64,000 nucleotides of DNA from Arenicellales bacterium (GCA_965219265.1 OZ244730.1:2551120-2615119); one strand, 5' to 3'. Numbered from the stretch's first letter, positions 49,889-61,037 are shown. Made by a program: numbers and translations. Notes: generated from the letters alone by a model not told the origin.

Positions 49889-50168
49889 TGTTTTTCAAAA
49901 GACTAGGTTCATGCTACTGGAAATGAATTAAATTGTTCACAACATCTCAGTTCTATTCTGGCGTTACCGATGGTAAGGTACTTCCAACATTCAACGACAT
50001 AGGAATTGATTCCAACTGCGTTTCGCTAGTTTTCCCACACAGAGTTTGAGAAAAACTCTTAACTATTCGGCTGGCAGAATCCAACTTAGCCTAGGTAACA
50101 GACCAAGATTGAAACTGTGTTACGGCAAAGCTTTCGGACGACATGTAACCCGTAATTTCTTGCTCACT

Positions 50169-50189
50169 TTGACAATCCATATTGGATTG
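50169..50189. promoter_or_regulatory. TTGACA overlapped by a perfect 7-3-7 palindrome
   Basis: TTGACA at 50169-50174; CAATCCA-TAT-TGGATTG at 50173-50189. Confidence 0.4.
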
Positions 50190-50639
50190 AAAATAAAAAA
50201 CACAAGCGAAAGATTATACAAAGTATTTTTATCAATTCATGTCTTAAGGTGCAAATAATTGTGTGTAAACTCATGAATATTTCGGAAATTTCTTTCCTCT
50301 ATTGATGTTGAAGCAAGGCAGTACGCTTAGAAGAGGGCATAACAGCAAAATGTCAGGCGCCGATAGGTTGTTGCTGGCATGTATTTTTAGACGCCGGGCT
50401 TTCATTACTGCGTAGTAGCGGCGCACTGTTCCAGAATTTGCTCGGTTTCAACGTACACTACAATTGTGCACTGCCGATTCAAGAATGTCCGGCTTGAACT
50501 GCTTTACAGACATGAGATCAACATGTAAACTCACATCATTGCGCCTTGAATCAACGTTTAAATTAACTGTAATTACTCAGACTAGCCTTTTGCTAGTTGC
50601 ACTAATCCAGATCATCCGGTGTGTCGAGATTAACACGAC

Positions 50640-53261
50640 ATGGAAGAATATCGAATGAACACAATGACATATACTCGAGTTGCACATGTTTCAATACGCA
50701 AACGTTTCACGCAACCTCTGCTCCAGATTATCATCGCCTTGATATTGGCAGCATCTTCATCGGCAATCTTGCCGTCAGTCGAAGCGGCTGACAAGAACAG
50801 CCGGGCAGACGGGCAAATGTCCAGGATAGGTGACCACTCGATGCGCCCCGTCAGCGTGATTAACCGAGCAGATATTGAACTCTCTGGAGTGGTGAATGTC
50901 TGGGACCTGCTGGCAAGTCGCAGGCTTTACAATAGTTTTAGTCTCACCCGACCCTATGTACTCGGGGACTATCGAACTGCACTGCTTGTGAACGGTCATC
51001 CAATTTCCGACACAACTTACGACCTCAACTCCCTGCCAATTTCTGCCATTGAACGAATTGAGGTTTTTGGTGGAAGTGCGGACGCGTTACACAGCAGCGG
51101 TTCCATCGCTGGTGAGATCAATATCATCCTTAGACGCGACTTTGAGGGAATCGAAGTCCAGTTGCACGGTGAGCTCCCGACGAACCCAGGAGCAGACGCA
51201 GAACACCTAAGTAGTCTGTGGGGAGGTACAGTCAGAGAAGGTCATATGACAATCGGCGTAGACACTTTTCAAAGAGACAACATTCGTGACGCGGATCGTG
51301 AGCATACCCGCTCCTCATGGACAGAGGGCGGTTCGTTCGCTACCGCATCGAATGTCTCATTCGGCGGCAACACAGTACTAATTCCCGTCACCACCAGTGA
51401 CGGCGATACTTTGATTGCACGTCATCTAGGCGATTGCCCAGATGACCTATACACCGGCGTACTCGAACGGCCTAGAGGCGTACAAGGCTCAGGTTGTGGA
51501 TTTCCGTACGGTAATTATCAGTGGAGTTTGGGGTGGCGTAATCGGGAGAGCGTGTTTTTTAACTTCGAACACCCATTAAGCGAGGCATCTGATATGTATG
51601 TCGATGCGCGATGGTCAGATACCGACTACATGTCTCGCATGGCGCCCTCAGTCGGCACTTTCGAGTTGCCGTATGACACCATGCTGCCAAATGGCCAAAC
51701 CATAGTGGACGAAGCAGTGACAGACACAAGTGGCATAACTTTACCCACTGATGGGAACATTTTTGTGGCTCATCGATTTTTGGGGCACGGTAACCGCGAC
51801 ACGCGTGTAGACATAGAAGATTATGATCTCGCACTCGGCTTGAAAGGACAGTTCGTGAGCGGTATCCACTATGACACACAAATTCGATATTATCGTCACG
51901 ACAACATCCAGAAGGCTGGTACATACGTGAGCGAAAACGCGTTAAAGGATGCGATCACAAATGGGCACTATGATCTAAGGGATCCACTATCGCAAAACTC
52001 AGATCATCTGAATGCAATTCGCGATACTGGGCTTCATCTGACCAAAGACTACATCACGAACCACAAGAAAGTCCACGCAACCTTAAATGGAACCGCATTC
52101 AAACTTGACGGAGGCGATTCTCTTTGGACGGCAGGAGCCGAGTTTGTTGATGAGGATAGTCGGAAGATCTACGATTATAGGGATGGAAATAATAATCCCC
52201 TTGTAGACGAGTCCGACGTAATAATCGGGTCCGCAGGCAATTCATTCGCAGGCAAACGCCGTCGCAGTTCCGCGCATGCCAAATTATCGTTGCCTTTGCG
52301 TCAAAATTGGGACCTCGTAGTTGCAGGATGGCATGACAATTACAATGATGTCGGTGCAAAGTTCTCTCACCAAATCTCAAGTCGCTTTCGCTTCAATGAA
52401 AATCTAACCGTCCGAGGTTCCTGGAGCAAAGGTGGAAGTCCGCCCAGTCTGTATGCATTGCATCATGAGAAATCACTGGACTATCCATACATTTGCGATA
52501 CGATCAATCTCGACAACCCGAATGACGATTGTGTTGAGTATCAAGTTCAACGCGAAAATATAAGCAATCCCAACCTGAAACCTGATGATTCCGAAAGTGT
52601 GAGCCTTGGATTTGTCAAAAATTTAAGTATGTTTGCGCTCAGCGCAGACTGGTTTCGAATCAAGCTATCAAAAACGCCAGTGTCATTGCCAGCTCAGATG
52701 ATTGTCGACTTGAAAAAAAGTGGGCAATTACCAGGAAACGCGGATGTCATATTGGGTGGTGGCAATCGAATCTCGAAAATCAAGAGCCCTATATTCAACA
52801 GCGGAGCATCAGTTGTCTCCGGGGTCGACGTTCGCGCACAGACCGACTGGCAAACTGATCGGGCAGACATGGATTTTGAAGTTCGCTGGCTTCACCTGAC
52901 GCAACCCAAGTCATACGTGGCCAACGTACCAAATCCATACGATACACCGAGTGAGCGAGTTCATGCAACGCTTCTCGCGAACAGAGACAATTTGACAGTG
53001 AGATGGAATGTATCTTTTGTATCAGGTTACTGGAATGAGCGAGAAACCTATCGTTACAAGTCGTGGATAGGACACGATGTCACGTTACGATGGAAAAATG
53101 CATTTGGAAAGGAAAACGTAGACCTTACTACTGGAATTTTGAATGTCGGCGACCGCGGTCCGGCCACTGATCCCACTAGACCTGGTGCAGATGGTGCGGT
53201 TTCAACATTGGATTCCCTGAGAGGCAGGACATTTTTTCTAACTACTAAAATGTTGTTTTGA
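50640..53261 (+). CDS. TonB-dependent outer-membrane receptor (start uncertain)
   Basis: Plug motifs PVSVINRADI, LLVNG, DLNSLPISAIERIEV and GEINIILR; NPNLKP; C-terminal Phe. Confidence 0.9.
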   Translation: MEEYRMNTMTYTRVAHVSIRKRFTQPLLQIIIALILAASSSAILPSVEAADKNSRADGQMSRIGDHSMRPVSVINRADIELSGVVNVWDLLASRRLYNSFSLTRPYVLGDYRTALLVNGHPISDTTYDLNSLPISAIERIEVFGGSADALHSSGSIAGEINIILRRDFEGIEVQLHGELPTNPGADAEHLSSLWGGTVREGHMTIGVDTFQRDNIRDADREHTRSSWTEGGSFATASNVSFGGNTVLIPVTTSDGDTLIARHLGDCPDDLYTGVLERPRGVQGSGCGFPYGNYQWSLGWRNRESVFFNFEHPLSEASDMYVDARWSDTDYMSRMAPSVGTFELPYDTMLPNGQTIVDEAVTDTSGITLPTDGNIFVAHRFLGHGNRDTRVDIEDYDLALGLKGQFVSGIHYDTQIRYYRHDNIQKAGTYVSENALKDAITNGHYDLRDPLSQNSDHLNAIRDTGLHLTKDYITNHKKVHATLNGTAFKLDGGDSLWTAGAEFVDEDSRKIYDYRDGNNNPLVDESDVIIGSAGNSFAGKRRRSSAHAKLSLPLRQNWDLVVAGWHDNYNDVGAKFSHQISSRFRFNENLTVRGSWSKGGSPPSLYALHHEKSLDYPYICDTINLDNPNDDCVEYQVQRENISNPNLKPDDSESVSLGFVKNLSMFALSADWFRIKLSKTPVSLPAQMIVDLKKSGQLPGNADVILGGGNRISKIKSPIFNSGASVVSGVDVRAQTDWQTDRADMDFEVRWLHLTQPKSYVANVPNPYDTPSERVHATLLANRDNLTVRWNVSFVSGYWNERETYRYKSWIGHDVTLRWKNAFGKENVDLTTGILNVGDRGPATDPTRPGADGAVSTLDSLRGRTFFLTTKMLF

Positions 53262-53498
53262 TGCTAGTCGAAACTGATTTCTTGTTAGGCTGAGGGCCGA
53301 CACGCTCCATATCTGATGATATCGTTCCATGACAGCAGTGAACGATCAGATTTCAACACGGTAGCAGTTGTGCCAGTCAACGAAGTGCCTGTTCAATGCC
53401 CGGAACTGAAAATGAGACAGGCAGGCTATTCATTCCACCTTCAATTTCAGTCTTAGAAATTTGATCTCGAATCGCTTGGTCACGATATTTTCATTACT

Positions 53499-55235
53499 GT
53501 GAATCTACAAGACCAAATTATCAATTCGGCACTCTCCTGGATAGTAGCTATCGTCCTTGTGCTATCTGGAACCGTTGTTGCGGTAGCAACAGAACCAACA
53601 TCCCAAGTACCACCTCGATATATGGTTTCTGCTGCCAATCCAAAGGCAACTGAAGCTGGACTCGATATACTCCGTCGAGGTGGAAATGCGGTTGACGCAG
53701 CGATTGCAGTTCAATTGGTACTAAATCTGGTTGAACCACAAAGCTCTGGAATTGGCGGTGGAAGTTTCATGTTGTTCTATAAAGCCTCGACTCAAGAAGT
53801 CCTCTCTTACGATGGGCGAGAAACTGCACCCGCGGAGGTGACGTCTGACCTGTTCCTGACACCGGAAGGCGAACCGATGAAGTTTTTCGATGCCGTTTTA
53901 GGTGGACGCTCTGTCGGCACGCCAGGAACTGTGGCAATGCTGGCTCAGGTCCACAAAGAGCATGGGGAAATCCCTTGGTCGGAGTTGTTTGAACCGGCTA
54001 TCAAGCTCGCGCAGGATGGATTCACTGTGGGTCATCGGCTCGCTTCGATGCTTGCCGGCAGACACGCTGACCGACTGAAGACGTTTGCTGAAGCTAGAGA
54101 ATACTACTTTCCAAACGGATCACCGCTTACAGCCGGAGATATTCGAACAAACTACGCGTTCGCAGAAACTTTAATTGAGATTGCACAACATGGCCCTGAA
54201 GCATTCTACCGAGGTGCAATTGCTGAAGATATCGTTGAGACAATTCGGCATGCACCCCACAGGAGTGGGTTACTTGCACTGTCGGACCTTTCAGAATTTC
54301 AAGCAATCCGCCGACCGCCAATCTGTCATTCATATCGAAACTATCGCATATGTGGAATGGGTCCACCTAGCTCGGGCGCATTGACAGTCGGTCAGATACT
54401 CGGGCTGCTGGAATACTATGACCTGAAATCTTTGGGTGCTAGCAATCCAATCAGTTGGCACCTCATTGCGGAAGCATCGAAACTTGCGTTTGCAGATAGA
54501 AATCGTTACATAGCCGACTCCGATTTCGTCGAAGTTCCCACTGAAGGTTTGCTTGATCCAACGTATCTCGCGAACCGCTCCAGGCTGATCAAACTGGAAT
54601 CTGTACTGGACACACCCGCATCTCACGGGCTGCCACCTGGATCTCCAGCTGTCAGCTACGCAGCCGACTTCGATTTGAGTCGTTCAGGTACAAGTCACAT
54701 TTCAATTGTGGATTCCGAAGGCAATGCAGTGTCAATGACAGGCAGCATTGAAGGCCCATTCGGTTCCCACTTGATGGTTCGCGGATTTCTGCTCAACAAT
54801 GAATTGACCGATTTTTCATTTGTTGCCGAAAAGGATGGCATGCAAGTAGCGAATCGTGTAGAGCCTGGAAAAAGACCGCGCAGTTCAATGGCTCCCACTC
54901 TTGTATTCAATTCGGATGGTTCACTTCGACTCGTAGTGGGATCACCGGGTGGCAGTCAAATTATCGGATTCGTAGTCAAGACACTCATTGCAGTCTTGGA
55001 TTGGGATATGGACATTCAGACAGCAATCGATTTGGGGAATGTTGTGAACCGCAACGGTACCACCGACCTTGAAGAAGGAACTACGGCACAAATGCTGCAA
55101 TCTCAGTTGGACAGTCTAGGACATCAGACCCGAGTACGCAGTATGACGAGTGGGCTTCACGGCATTGAAATTGTAAACGGAGTAATGCGAGGAGGTGCAG
55201 ACTCTCGACGGGAAGGAATTGCGCTGGGAGAGTAA
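53499..55235 (+). CDS. ggt: Gamma-glutamyltransferase, exported
   Basis: Signal peptide, GGNAVDAAIA, EPQSSGIGGG, GTSHISIVD, LNNELTDF and RPRSSMAP. Confidence 0.93.
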   Translation: MNLQDQIINSALSWIVAIVLVLSGTVVAVATEPTSQVPPRYMVSAANPKATEAGLDILRRGGNAVDAAIAVQLVLNLVEPQSSGIGGGSFMLFYKASTQEVLSYDGRETAPAEVTSDLFLTPEGEPMKFFDAVLGGRSVGTPGTVAMLAQVHKEHGEIPWSELFEPAIKLAQDGFTVGHRLASMLAGRHADRLKTFAEAREYYFPNGSPLTAGDIRTNYAFAETLIEIAQHGPEAFYRGAIAEDIVETIRHAPHRSGLLALSDLSEFQAIRRPPICHSYRNYRICGMGPPSSGALTVGQILGLLEYYDLKSLGASNPISWHLIAEASKLAFADRNRYIADSDFVEVPTEGLLDPTYLANRSRLIKLESVLDTPASHGLPPGSPAVSYAADFDLSRSGTSHISIVDSEGNAVSMTGSIEGPFGSHLMVRGFLLNNELTDFSFVAEKDGMQVANRVEPGKRPRSSMAPTLVFNSDGSLRLVVGSPGGSQIIGFVVKTLIAVLDWDMDIQTAIDLGNVVNRNGTTDLEEGTTAQMLQSQLDSLGHQTRVRSMTSGLHGIEIVNGVMRGGADSRREGIALGE

Positions 55236-55257
55236 GTCAGCCTCAATTGAACATTGA

Positions 55258-56028
55258 TCAGAGCCTAATTTTGATTGCTTGGAAAATCGTAGGGCAAATT
55301 TCTCCAGCATCTACAACCTCCATCTTGAGTGTGGAACTCACCAGTCGCGATTCTGCCATCTCTTCGCCAAATAATTCTATAAATTGCAACCGGCTTTCTC
55401 CGCTTACCCTGGAAATTTCATCTCGCACAATCGAACGATACCACTCGTTTCGATCGAGAGTACTTATTGAAGCAAACCCGGCCTGCTCCAGTAACTTCAT
55501 CATCTGTTCAGCCGTGCAAAAGTGCAAATCCAATTTGGAGTAGTCAAGCCAGTCCCTCACTCGTTGTGATTGATTCGTTGTTTCACTGCCCAGCCAGTCA
55601 CTTCCGACAAATTCACCGCCGAACTTCAAGATGCGAAATATTTCTTCATAGAATTTTTGTTTGTCCTCGATATGAACAATTGAATCTTTGGAAAACACGA
55701 TGTCAATCGATTCATCTTCAAAGTCCAACCCCCCTGGGTCGACTAAGCGGTATTCAATCCACTCTGTCAAACCGGCTTCCTCAGCTTCGTGTTCGGCACG
55801 AGCAATCAGGCGATCAATAACGTCAATCCCAATAACCTTTTCTGCACCGTAATCAGTGACCAGCAAACGATCTATTCCTCCAATTCCGCAGCCTACATCC
55901 AACACCTTCTTCCCACGAACGACAGTACGTTTCAGAATTTTATAAACTTCAGCCGACCCTCCAGGTGAGAGGAATCCTTCTCCCCACAAACACTCAAGAC
56001 TTCTTACGAAATTGTCATCATATGCCAT
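55258..56028 (-). CDS. SAM-dependent methyltransferase, phosphoethanolamine N-methyltransferase-like
   Basis: LWGEGFLSPGG, VLDVGCGIGG and FSKDSIVHIEDK. Confidence 0.8.
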   Translation of the reverse strand: MAYDDNFVRSLECLWGEGFLSPGGSAEVYKILKRTVVRGKKVLDVGCGIGGIDRLLVTDYGAEKVIGIDVIDRLIARAEHEAEEAGLTEWIEYRLVDPGGLDFEDESIDIVFSKDSIVHIEDKQKFYEEIFRILKFGGEFVGSDWLGSETTNQSQRVRDWLDYSKLDLHFCTAEQMMKLLEQAGFASISTLDRNEWYRSIVRDEISRVSGESRLQFIELFGEEMAESRLVSSTLKMEVVDAGEICPTIFQAIKIRL

Positions 56029-56171
56029 ACATGAACACCTTTACACTCGATCCGCTTCAAGCTGAATGCACTCTGTTGCTCTGAATCTTGTGAACGGTAC
56101 AAGAATCGCCACCCCAATTCATAGAACCTTACTCATAAATACTCATATACTAGTGCCATTTGTAATTTCAT

Positions 56172-57110
56172 TTGGCTTGGCGTATTAACATGCCACATTC
56201 ACAGGGGGAACAAATATTGGCAAAGGAGACATTGAAACAAAGGATTGAAGCGGGCGATTTTGTAATTACTTGTGAACTCACTCCACCCAAAGGCACCGAT
56301 CTTGTGCCACTGTTTGAAAAAGCAGAACTGCTGAGAAATCTTGTACACGCTTTCAATCTGACCGAATCTCACTCTGCGAGAATGGCCATGGAACCTACTG
56401 CGGTCGCCCATCTATTGCTCGACCGAGGCATTGAACCAATCGTGCAAATGACCTCACGAGACAAGAATCGAATCGCAATTCAAGCAAGCATGCTGGGAGC
56501 GGCTGCTCTCGGAGTGCCAAATCTGGTTTTCATGGGAGGCGACCCGCCAAAATACGGTGATCATCCCGATGCAAAACCTGTTTTCGACCTATTTGCTTCG
56601 CAACTCCTTGAAGCCGTCAATGCCTTGAAGTCGGGAACGGACTTTACCGGCAATGCTTTGAAAGGAACTCCAGATTTCTGCGTTGGGGCTGTTGTCAATC
56701 CAGGAGCTTCGGATCCAGAAGCCGAGATCGAAAACATGCATCGAAAAATCGAGGCTGGTGCTTCATTTCTTCAAACCCAAGCCGTATATAACATAGGCGA
56801 GTTCGTTGGATTTTTGGACAAAGCGGGTAAGGTTGAAGTTCCGGTCCTGGCAGGCGTCATTCCGATCAAATCCATCAAGATGGCGCAATACATGAATGAT
56901 CGCGTACCCGGAATTACCGTCCCCGATCATGTAATCGAAAAAATTGCTGAACAAGGCAACGACAAGAAGCGTATCGCAGAAACAAGCATTCAGATATCCG
57001 CTGATCTGGTCAGAGAACTACGACAATCTGCAGGCGGCCTGCACATCATGGCGATCGGATGGGAAGAAAAAATTCCACAGATTCTGGATCGCGCCGGCTT
57101 TCATGCTTGA
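56172..57110 (+). CDS. metF: Methylenetetrahydrofolate reductase family (start uncertain)
   Basis: ELTPPKG, RDKNRIAIQ, GDPP..GDHP, KIEAGASFLQTQ and GLHIM. Confidence 0.85.
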   Translation: MAWRINMPHSQGEQILAKETLKQRIEAGDFVITCELTPPKGTDLVPLFEKAELLRNLVHAFNLTESHSARMAMEPTAVAHLLLDRGIEPIVQMTSRDKNRIAIQASMLGAAALGVPNLVFMGGDPPKYGDHPDAKPVFDLFASQLLEAVNALKSGTDFTGNALKGTPDFCVGAVVNPGASDPEAEIENMHRKIEAGASFLQTQAVYNIGEFVGFLDKAGKVEVPVLAGVIPIKSIKMAQYMNDRVPGITVPDHVIEKIAEQGNDKKRIAETSIQISADLVRELRQSAGGLHIMAIGWEEKIPQILDRAGFHA

Positions 57111-57164
57111 AAATACACACTGATTTTCAGCACTGCCTGCTTATCAAGCTTTCGAGAAAATTAT

Positions 57165-57764
57165 TTATTCACGAAACTCGGCTTCTTGGCCGGCATCTAC
57201 AAGCCAATACCACAGATAGTCTGCAAAACTTCGTCTCACTATCACATCCAGAGTCGTTTCGTCGGCCTCTTGCTTCAGAATCGTAACCGCAGTTCTAGCA
57301 AGCACAGTTTGCGCACACTGGCTGGATTTAAAAACTCGTGGATGCAAATCAATCGCAATTCCTCGACTCAGCAGATCAGGCGCCTTGCGCCCTTCGACTC
57401 TGATAATTGTTTGAGCGCTGGATTGATCTACGCAGGTAGAAAACCCTTCAGAGATAACTTCACCGAGAGTCATTCGTATCTCCTCGCTACGGTATTGCGG
57501 GGAAATCACAAGCCATTCATCCGGCCCGAGCCACGCGCACAAGATTTCGTCGTGTACCACGAATGTATTCGGTTCATGCGGAACATCAAATCCAAGCGAT
57601 TGCTTGAACGCTTTCAAAACTAGTTCATCATCTGGCTGAATACGAATATTGAAATGTCCCAAATAGGCAAGTTCAGACAGCTTCACCTGTTTGAAGCTTG
57701 CATCCAGAGCATTGTCACTGTGAGTTTTGGACAAAGGCGACAATACCTGAATTTGGCTAGACAT
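57165..57764 (-). CDS. soxG: Sarcosine oxidase subunit gamma
   Basis: WLGPDEWL, DLHPRVF and VRRSFADY; start overlaps the soxA stop. Confidence 0.9.
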   Translation of the reverse strand: MSSQIQVLSPLSKTHSDNALDASFKQVKLSELAYLGHFNIRIQPDDELVLKAFKQSLGFDVPHEPNTFVVHDEILCAWLGPDEWLVISPQYRSEEIRMTLGEVISEGFSTCVDQSSAQTIIRVEGRKAPDLLSRGIAIDLHPRVFKSSQCAQTVLARTAVTILKQEADETTLDVIVRRSFADYLWYWLVDAGQEAEFRE

Positions 57765-60759
57765 TCTGTCGCTCCCCTTGAGAGTCATAGAATACCGGAC
57801 TGCAAATCGTAGCCGGAATCGATTCTCCTGACATCAGCGTCGAGTAAATGCGAGCTCCCATACGTGAATGCCCGCCTTTTACGACTGCTAACGCGATTGA
57901 TCGGCCCATACAAGCACTCCAGTAACTAGACGTAACGTGTCCAATCATGGGTACCGGATAGGCTTTCGACGGCGCTTCCACTAGCTGCCCCCCTTCAGGC
58001 AATACTTTCGTCGGATCATCAGTAAGCAGCCCAATGAGCTGCTTTCGATCTTCTCTCATGCAATCGGACCGACTCAGCGATCGTTTGCCAAGACAGTCTT
58101 TCTGCTTGGAGACAATCCAGTTCATTCCAAGGTCAATGGGGGTCATGGAACCGTCCGTATCCTGACCCACAATGATGAATCCCTTTTCTGCTCGTAGTAC
58201 ATGCATCGTTTCGGTGCCATAGGGTGTAACTCCAAATTCCTGGCCAGCTTCGTACACTTTTTTCCACACATGCATGCCGCAATTTGCTGGCACATTGAGT
58301 TCAAAAGCGAGTTCTCCGCTGAAACTGATGCGAAAAATACGGCCTGGTACATCTGCTACCATGGCTTCTCTGAAAGTCATGAAAGGAAACTCCTCATTTG
58401 ATGCTTTCAGATCAGGTGCAACCTGTTGCAATACTCGACGAGCTTTCGGTCCGGAAATCGAAATGACCGCCCACTGCTCTGTTACTGAGGAGAAATACAC
58501 CTTCATCCATGGCCACTCGGTCTGCCGCCACTGTTCCATCCATGTCAACACATGAGCTGCTCCGCCGGTTGTTGTCGTCATGTAGTAATGATTTTCTCCA
58601 AGTTTCGCCGTGACTCCATCATCCATGACCATGCCGTCTTCTCCAAGCATCAATCCATAGCGACAGGAGCCTGTAATCAGCCTCGACCAGGAGTTGGTGT
58701 ACACCAAATTCAAAAAATCAACTGCATTCGGTCCGTAGATTTCGATTTTGCCTAGAGTCGATGCATCCAGCATCGCGACCTGATTTCTTGTCGCCAAACA
58801 CTCTCGGTCGACTGCTTGCTGCATGGTTTCGCCTGACTTGGGATAGTACCACGGTCTTTTCCACTGACCGACATTCTCAAATTCTGCGCTGTGCGTGACA
58901 TGCCATTCGTGCATCGCAGTCTTGCGTACCGGATCAAAAAATTCTGAGCCCAGTTCTCTTCCCGCAATTGCCCCGAATGTAACCGGTGTATAAAACGGTC
59001 GGAAAGTCGTCGTGCCAGTCTCGGACATCTCCTGCCCCAAAGCCTTGGACAAGATTGCCATGCCATTGATATTTCCCAGTTTCCCTTGATCTGTACCAAA
59101 CCCGAGCAAAGTGTATCTCTTTAGATGCTCAATGGACCGATAGCCTTCCCGCGCCGCAATTTCAATGTCCTTTGCCGTTGTATCGTTCTGAAAATCGACA
59201 AACTGTTTCGATTTTTTCCCGGCATTTGCACTCGGCACTCGCCAAAGCGGCTGTATGTCATATTCCTCCGAGTATTGACCCAAATCCTCTTCGTTCTTCT
59301 GGCTTTCAACCGCTTCATATCCGGCTAAGCAAGCCGCAGCAACACCTGCTTCAAACCCTTCTTGGATTGCCGGTTCAGCCAAAAACACCGCGTTGGCGGC
59401 ACCTACGGATTGTTCCTTCTGAACTGAATCTCCTGGTACGAAGCAGGCTTTATCTGAATCGAACCGAGGTCTCGCGCCAGATTGCGCGTGTAAATGAACA
59501 GCAGGACTCCAGCCACCAGAGATGGCGAGCAGGTCACAGTTGTAAACTCTCTTGGTACCAGTAATCGACTCAAAATCGTCCGAAAGTTCCATGACTTCCA
59601 CTGCGGCAACTCGTTTTCGTCCTCTCGCACAAACAATAGCCGACCGGACAAGAATTTTTACCCCGCGAGCAGCAAGCATTTCAGAATAAACGGTGGATCC
59701 CCTGGAACGGACATCAATCAGGGCTTCAATCTGAATGTCCGCATCCAGCATATCCAGGGCAGTTCTATAGGCGCTGTCGTTGTTGGTAAAAATCACTGCC
59801 CGATTGCCCGGCTTCACGCCAAATCGGTTGACATACACCGACACCGCGGAGGACAACATCACACCGGGCAAGTCGTTGTTGCCGAAAACCAGCGGCCGCT
59901 CAATGGCACCGGTAGCCAATACGACCTGTTTCGCACGGACGCGCCAATTTCGTTCTCGAGCACAGTCAGACGACGCATCAGCCAGATGATCGGTCACCCG
60001 TTCATTCAGTACCAGGAAGTTGCTATCGTAGTATCCAACGACTGTTGTGCGTGTGAACAGACGAACATCCGGATACTCTCCAAGCTCTGTCAAAACACGC
60101 TCTACCCACTTTCGACCGTCGTCACAACCGGTTCGCAGAAATCCGCCGCCGAATTCATGATTTTCGTCCGCAACAATCACACGCGCTCCGGCACGAGCAG
60201 CACTCAAAGCTGCCGCCAACCCCGCTGGACCACCGCCGGCAACCAGTACATCGCACCATGCGTTTACTTTGTCGTAACGGTCCGGGTCAGCATTCGACTG
60301 AACTTTGCCGAATCCGGCTGCCCTGCGGATTACTTTTTCATACAGCATCCATCCTTTTCGGGGATACATGAAAGTCTTGTAATAGAATCCAGCAGGAATA
60401 ACTGGCGAAAACCACCCCATCACTGATGCGATATCAAAAGATAGGCTTGGCCAGCAGTTTACGCTTGATACTTCGAGCCCCTCGTAAATCTCCGTCTGAG
60501 TAGCACGCGGGTTAGGCACCGATCCTGAGCCCGATTCAATCTGAAGCAAGGCACTCGGTTCTTCCGCACCAGCACCCATGATTCCTCGAGGTCTGTGATA
60601 CTTAAAGCTGCGGGCGACCAAGTGGACACCATTGGCAAGCAAAGCTGAAGCGACAGTATCTCCTTCAAAGCCTCTATATCGTTTCTTATTGAAACGAAAG
60701 GTGATGGGCTTGGCGCGATTGATTCGACCGCCATTCGCGAGCCGGTACGGCTGATTCAC
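57757..60759 (-). CDS. soxA: Sarcosine oxidase subunit alpha
   Basis: RSFKYHRPRG, AGFYYKTFM, KRYT..GTDQGK and a GcvT-like folate-binding C-terminal domain. Confidence 0.96.
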   Translation of the reverse strand: MNQPYRLANGGRINRAKPITFRFNKKRYRGFEGDTVASALLANGVHLVARSFKYHRPRGIMGAGAEEPSALLQIESGSGSVPNPRATQTEIYEGLEVSSVNCWPSLSFDIASVMGWFSPVIPAGFYYKTFMYPRKGWMLYEKVIRRAAGFGKVQSNADPDRYDKVNAWCDVLVAGGGPAGLAAALSAARAGARVIVADENHEFGGGFLRTGCDDGRKWVERVLTELGEYPDVRLFTRTTVVGYYDSNFLVLNERVTDHLADASSDCARERNWRVRAKQVVLATGAIERPLVFGNNDLPGVMLSSAVSVYVNRFGVKPGNRAVIFTNNDSAYRTALDMLDADIQIEALIDVRSRGSTVYSEMLAARGVKILVRSAIVCARGRKRVAAVEVMELSDDFESITGTKRVYNCDLLAISGGWSPAVHLHAQSGARPRFDSDKACFVPGDSVQKEQSVGAANAVFLAEPAIQEGFEAGVAAACLAGYEAVESQKNEEDLGQYSEEYDIQPLWRVPSANAGKKSKQFVDFQNDTTAKDIEIAAREGYRSIEHLKRYTLLGFGTDQGKLGNINGMAILSKALGQEMSETGTTTFRPFYTPVTFGAIAGRELGSEFFDPVRKTAMHEWHVTHSAEFENVGQWKRPWYYPKSGETMQQAVDRECLATRNQVAMLDASTLGKIEIYGPNAVDFLNLVYTNSWSRLITGSCRYGLMLGEDGMVMDDGVTAKLGENHYYMTTTTGGAAHVLTWMEQWRQTEWPWMKVYFSSVTEQWAVISISGPKARRVLQQVAPDLKASNEEFPFMTFREAMVADVPGRIFRISFSGELAFELNVPANCGMHVWKKVYEAGQEFGVTPYGTETMHVLRAEKGFIIVGQDTDGSMTPIDLGMNWIVSKQKDCLGKRSLSRSDCMREDRKQLIGLLTDDPTKVLPEGGQLVEAPSKAYPVPMIGHVTSSYWSACMGRSIALAVVKGGHSRMGARIYSTLMSGESIPATICSPVFYDSQGERQNV

Positions 60760-61037
60760 TGTGGATCCTCCGGAATCGGATCAGTCGGCTTGTAGCTGCA
60801 AGCAAATTTATAGGTAACTGTATTTCGCTGGGCGTTGAACCAACGCCGGCATCCAGCACTGTGAAACCACTGCTCGCGCTGGTCACCTTTGATGTTTTCG
60901 CGCATGAAAAGATAGTCGGCCCACTCGACGTCTGAAAGATCGTCCGGCTTCGTGGGGCGAATGATATGCGCCTCACCTCCATAAGTGAACTCATCCTGTT
61001 CTCGCAAGCCGCACCAGGGACAGTGGATCAAAAGCAT
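60756..61037 (-). CDS. soxD: Sarcosine oxidase subunit delta
   Basis: CPWCG..EFTYGGEAH and HSAGCRRWF. Confidence 0.95.
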   Translation of the reverse strand: MLLIHCPWCGLREQDEFTYGGEAHIIRPTKPDDLSDVEWADYLFMRENIKGDQREQWFHSAGCRRWFNAQRNTVTYKFACSYKPTDPIPEDPQ

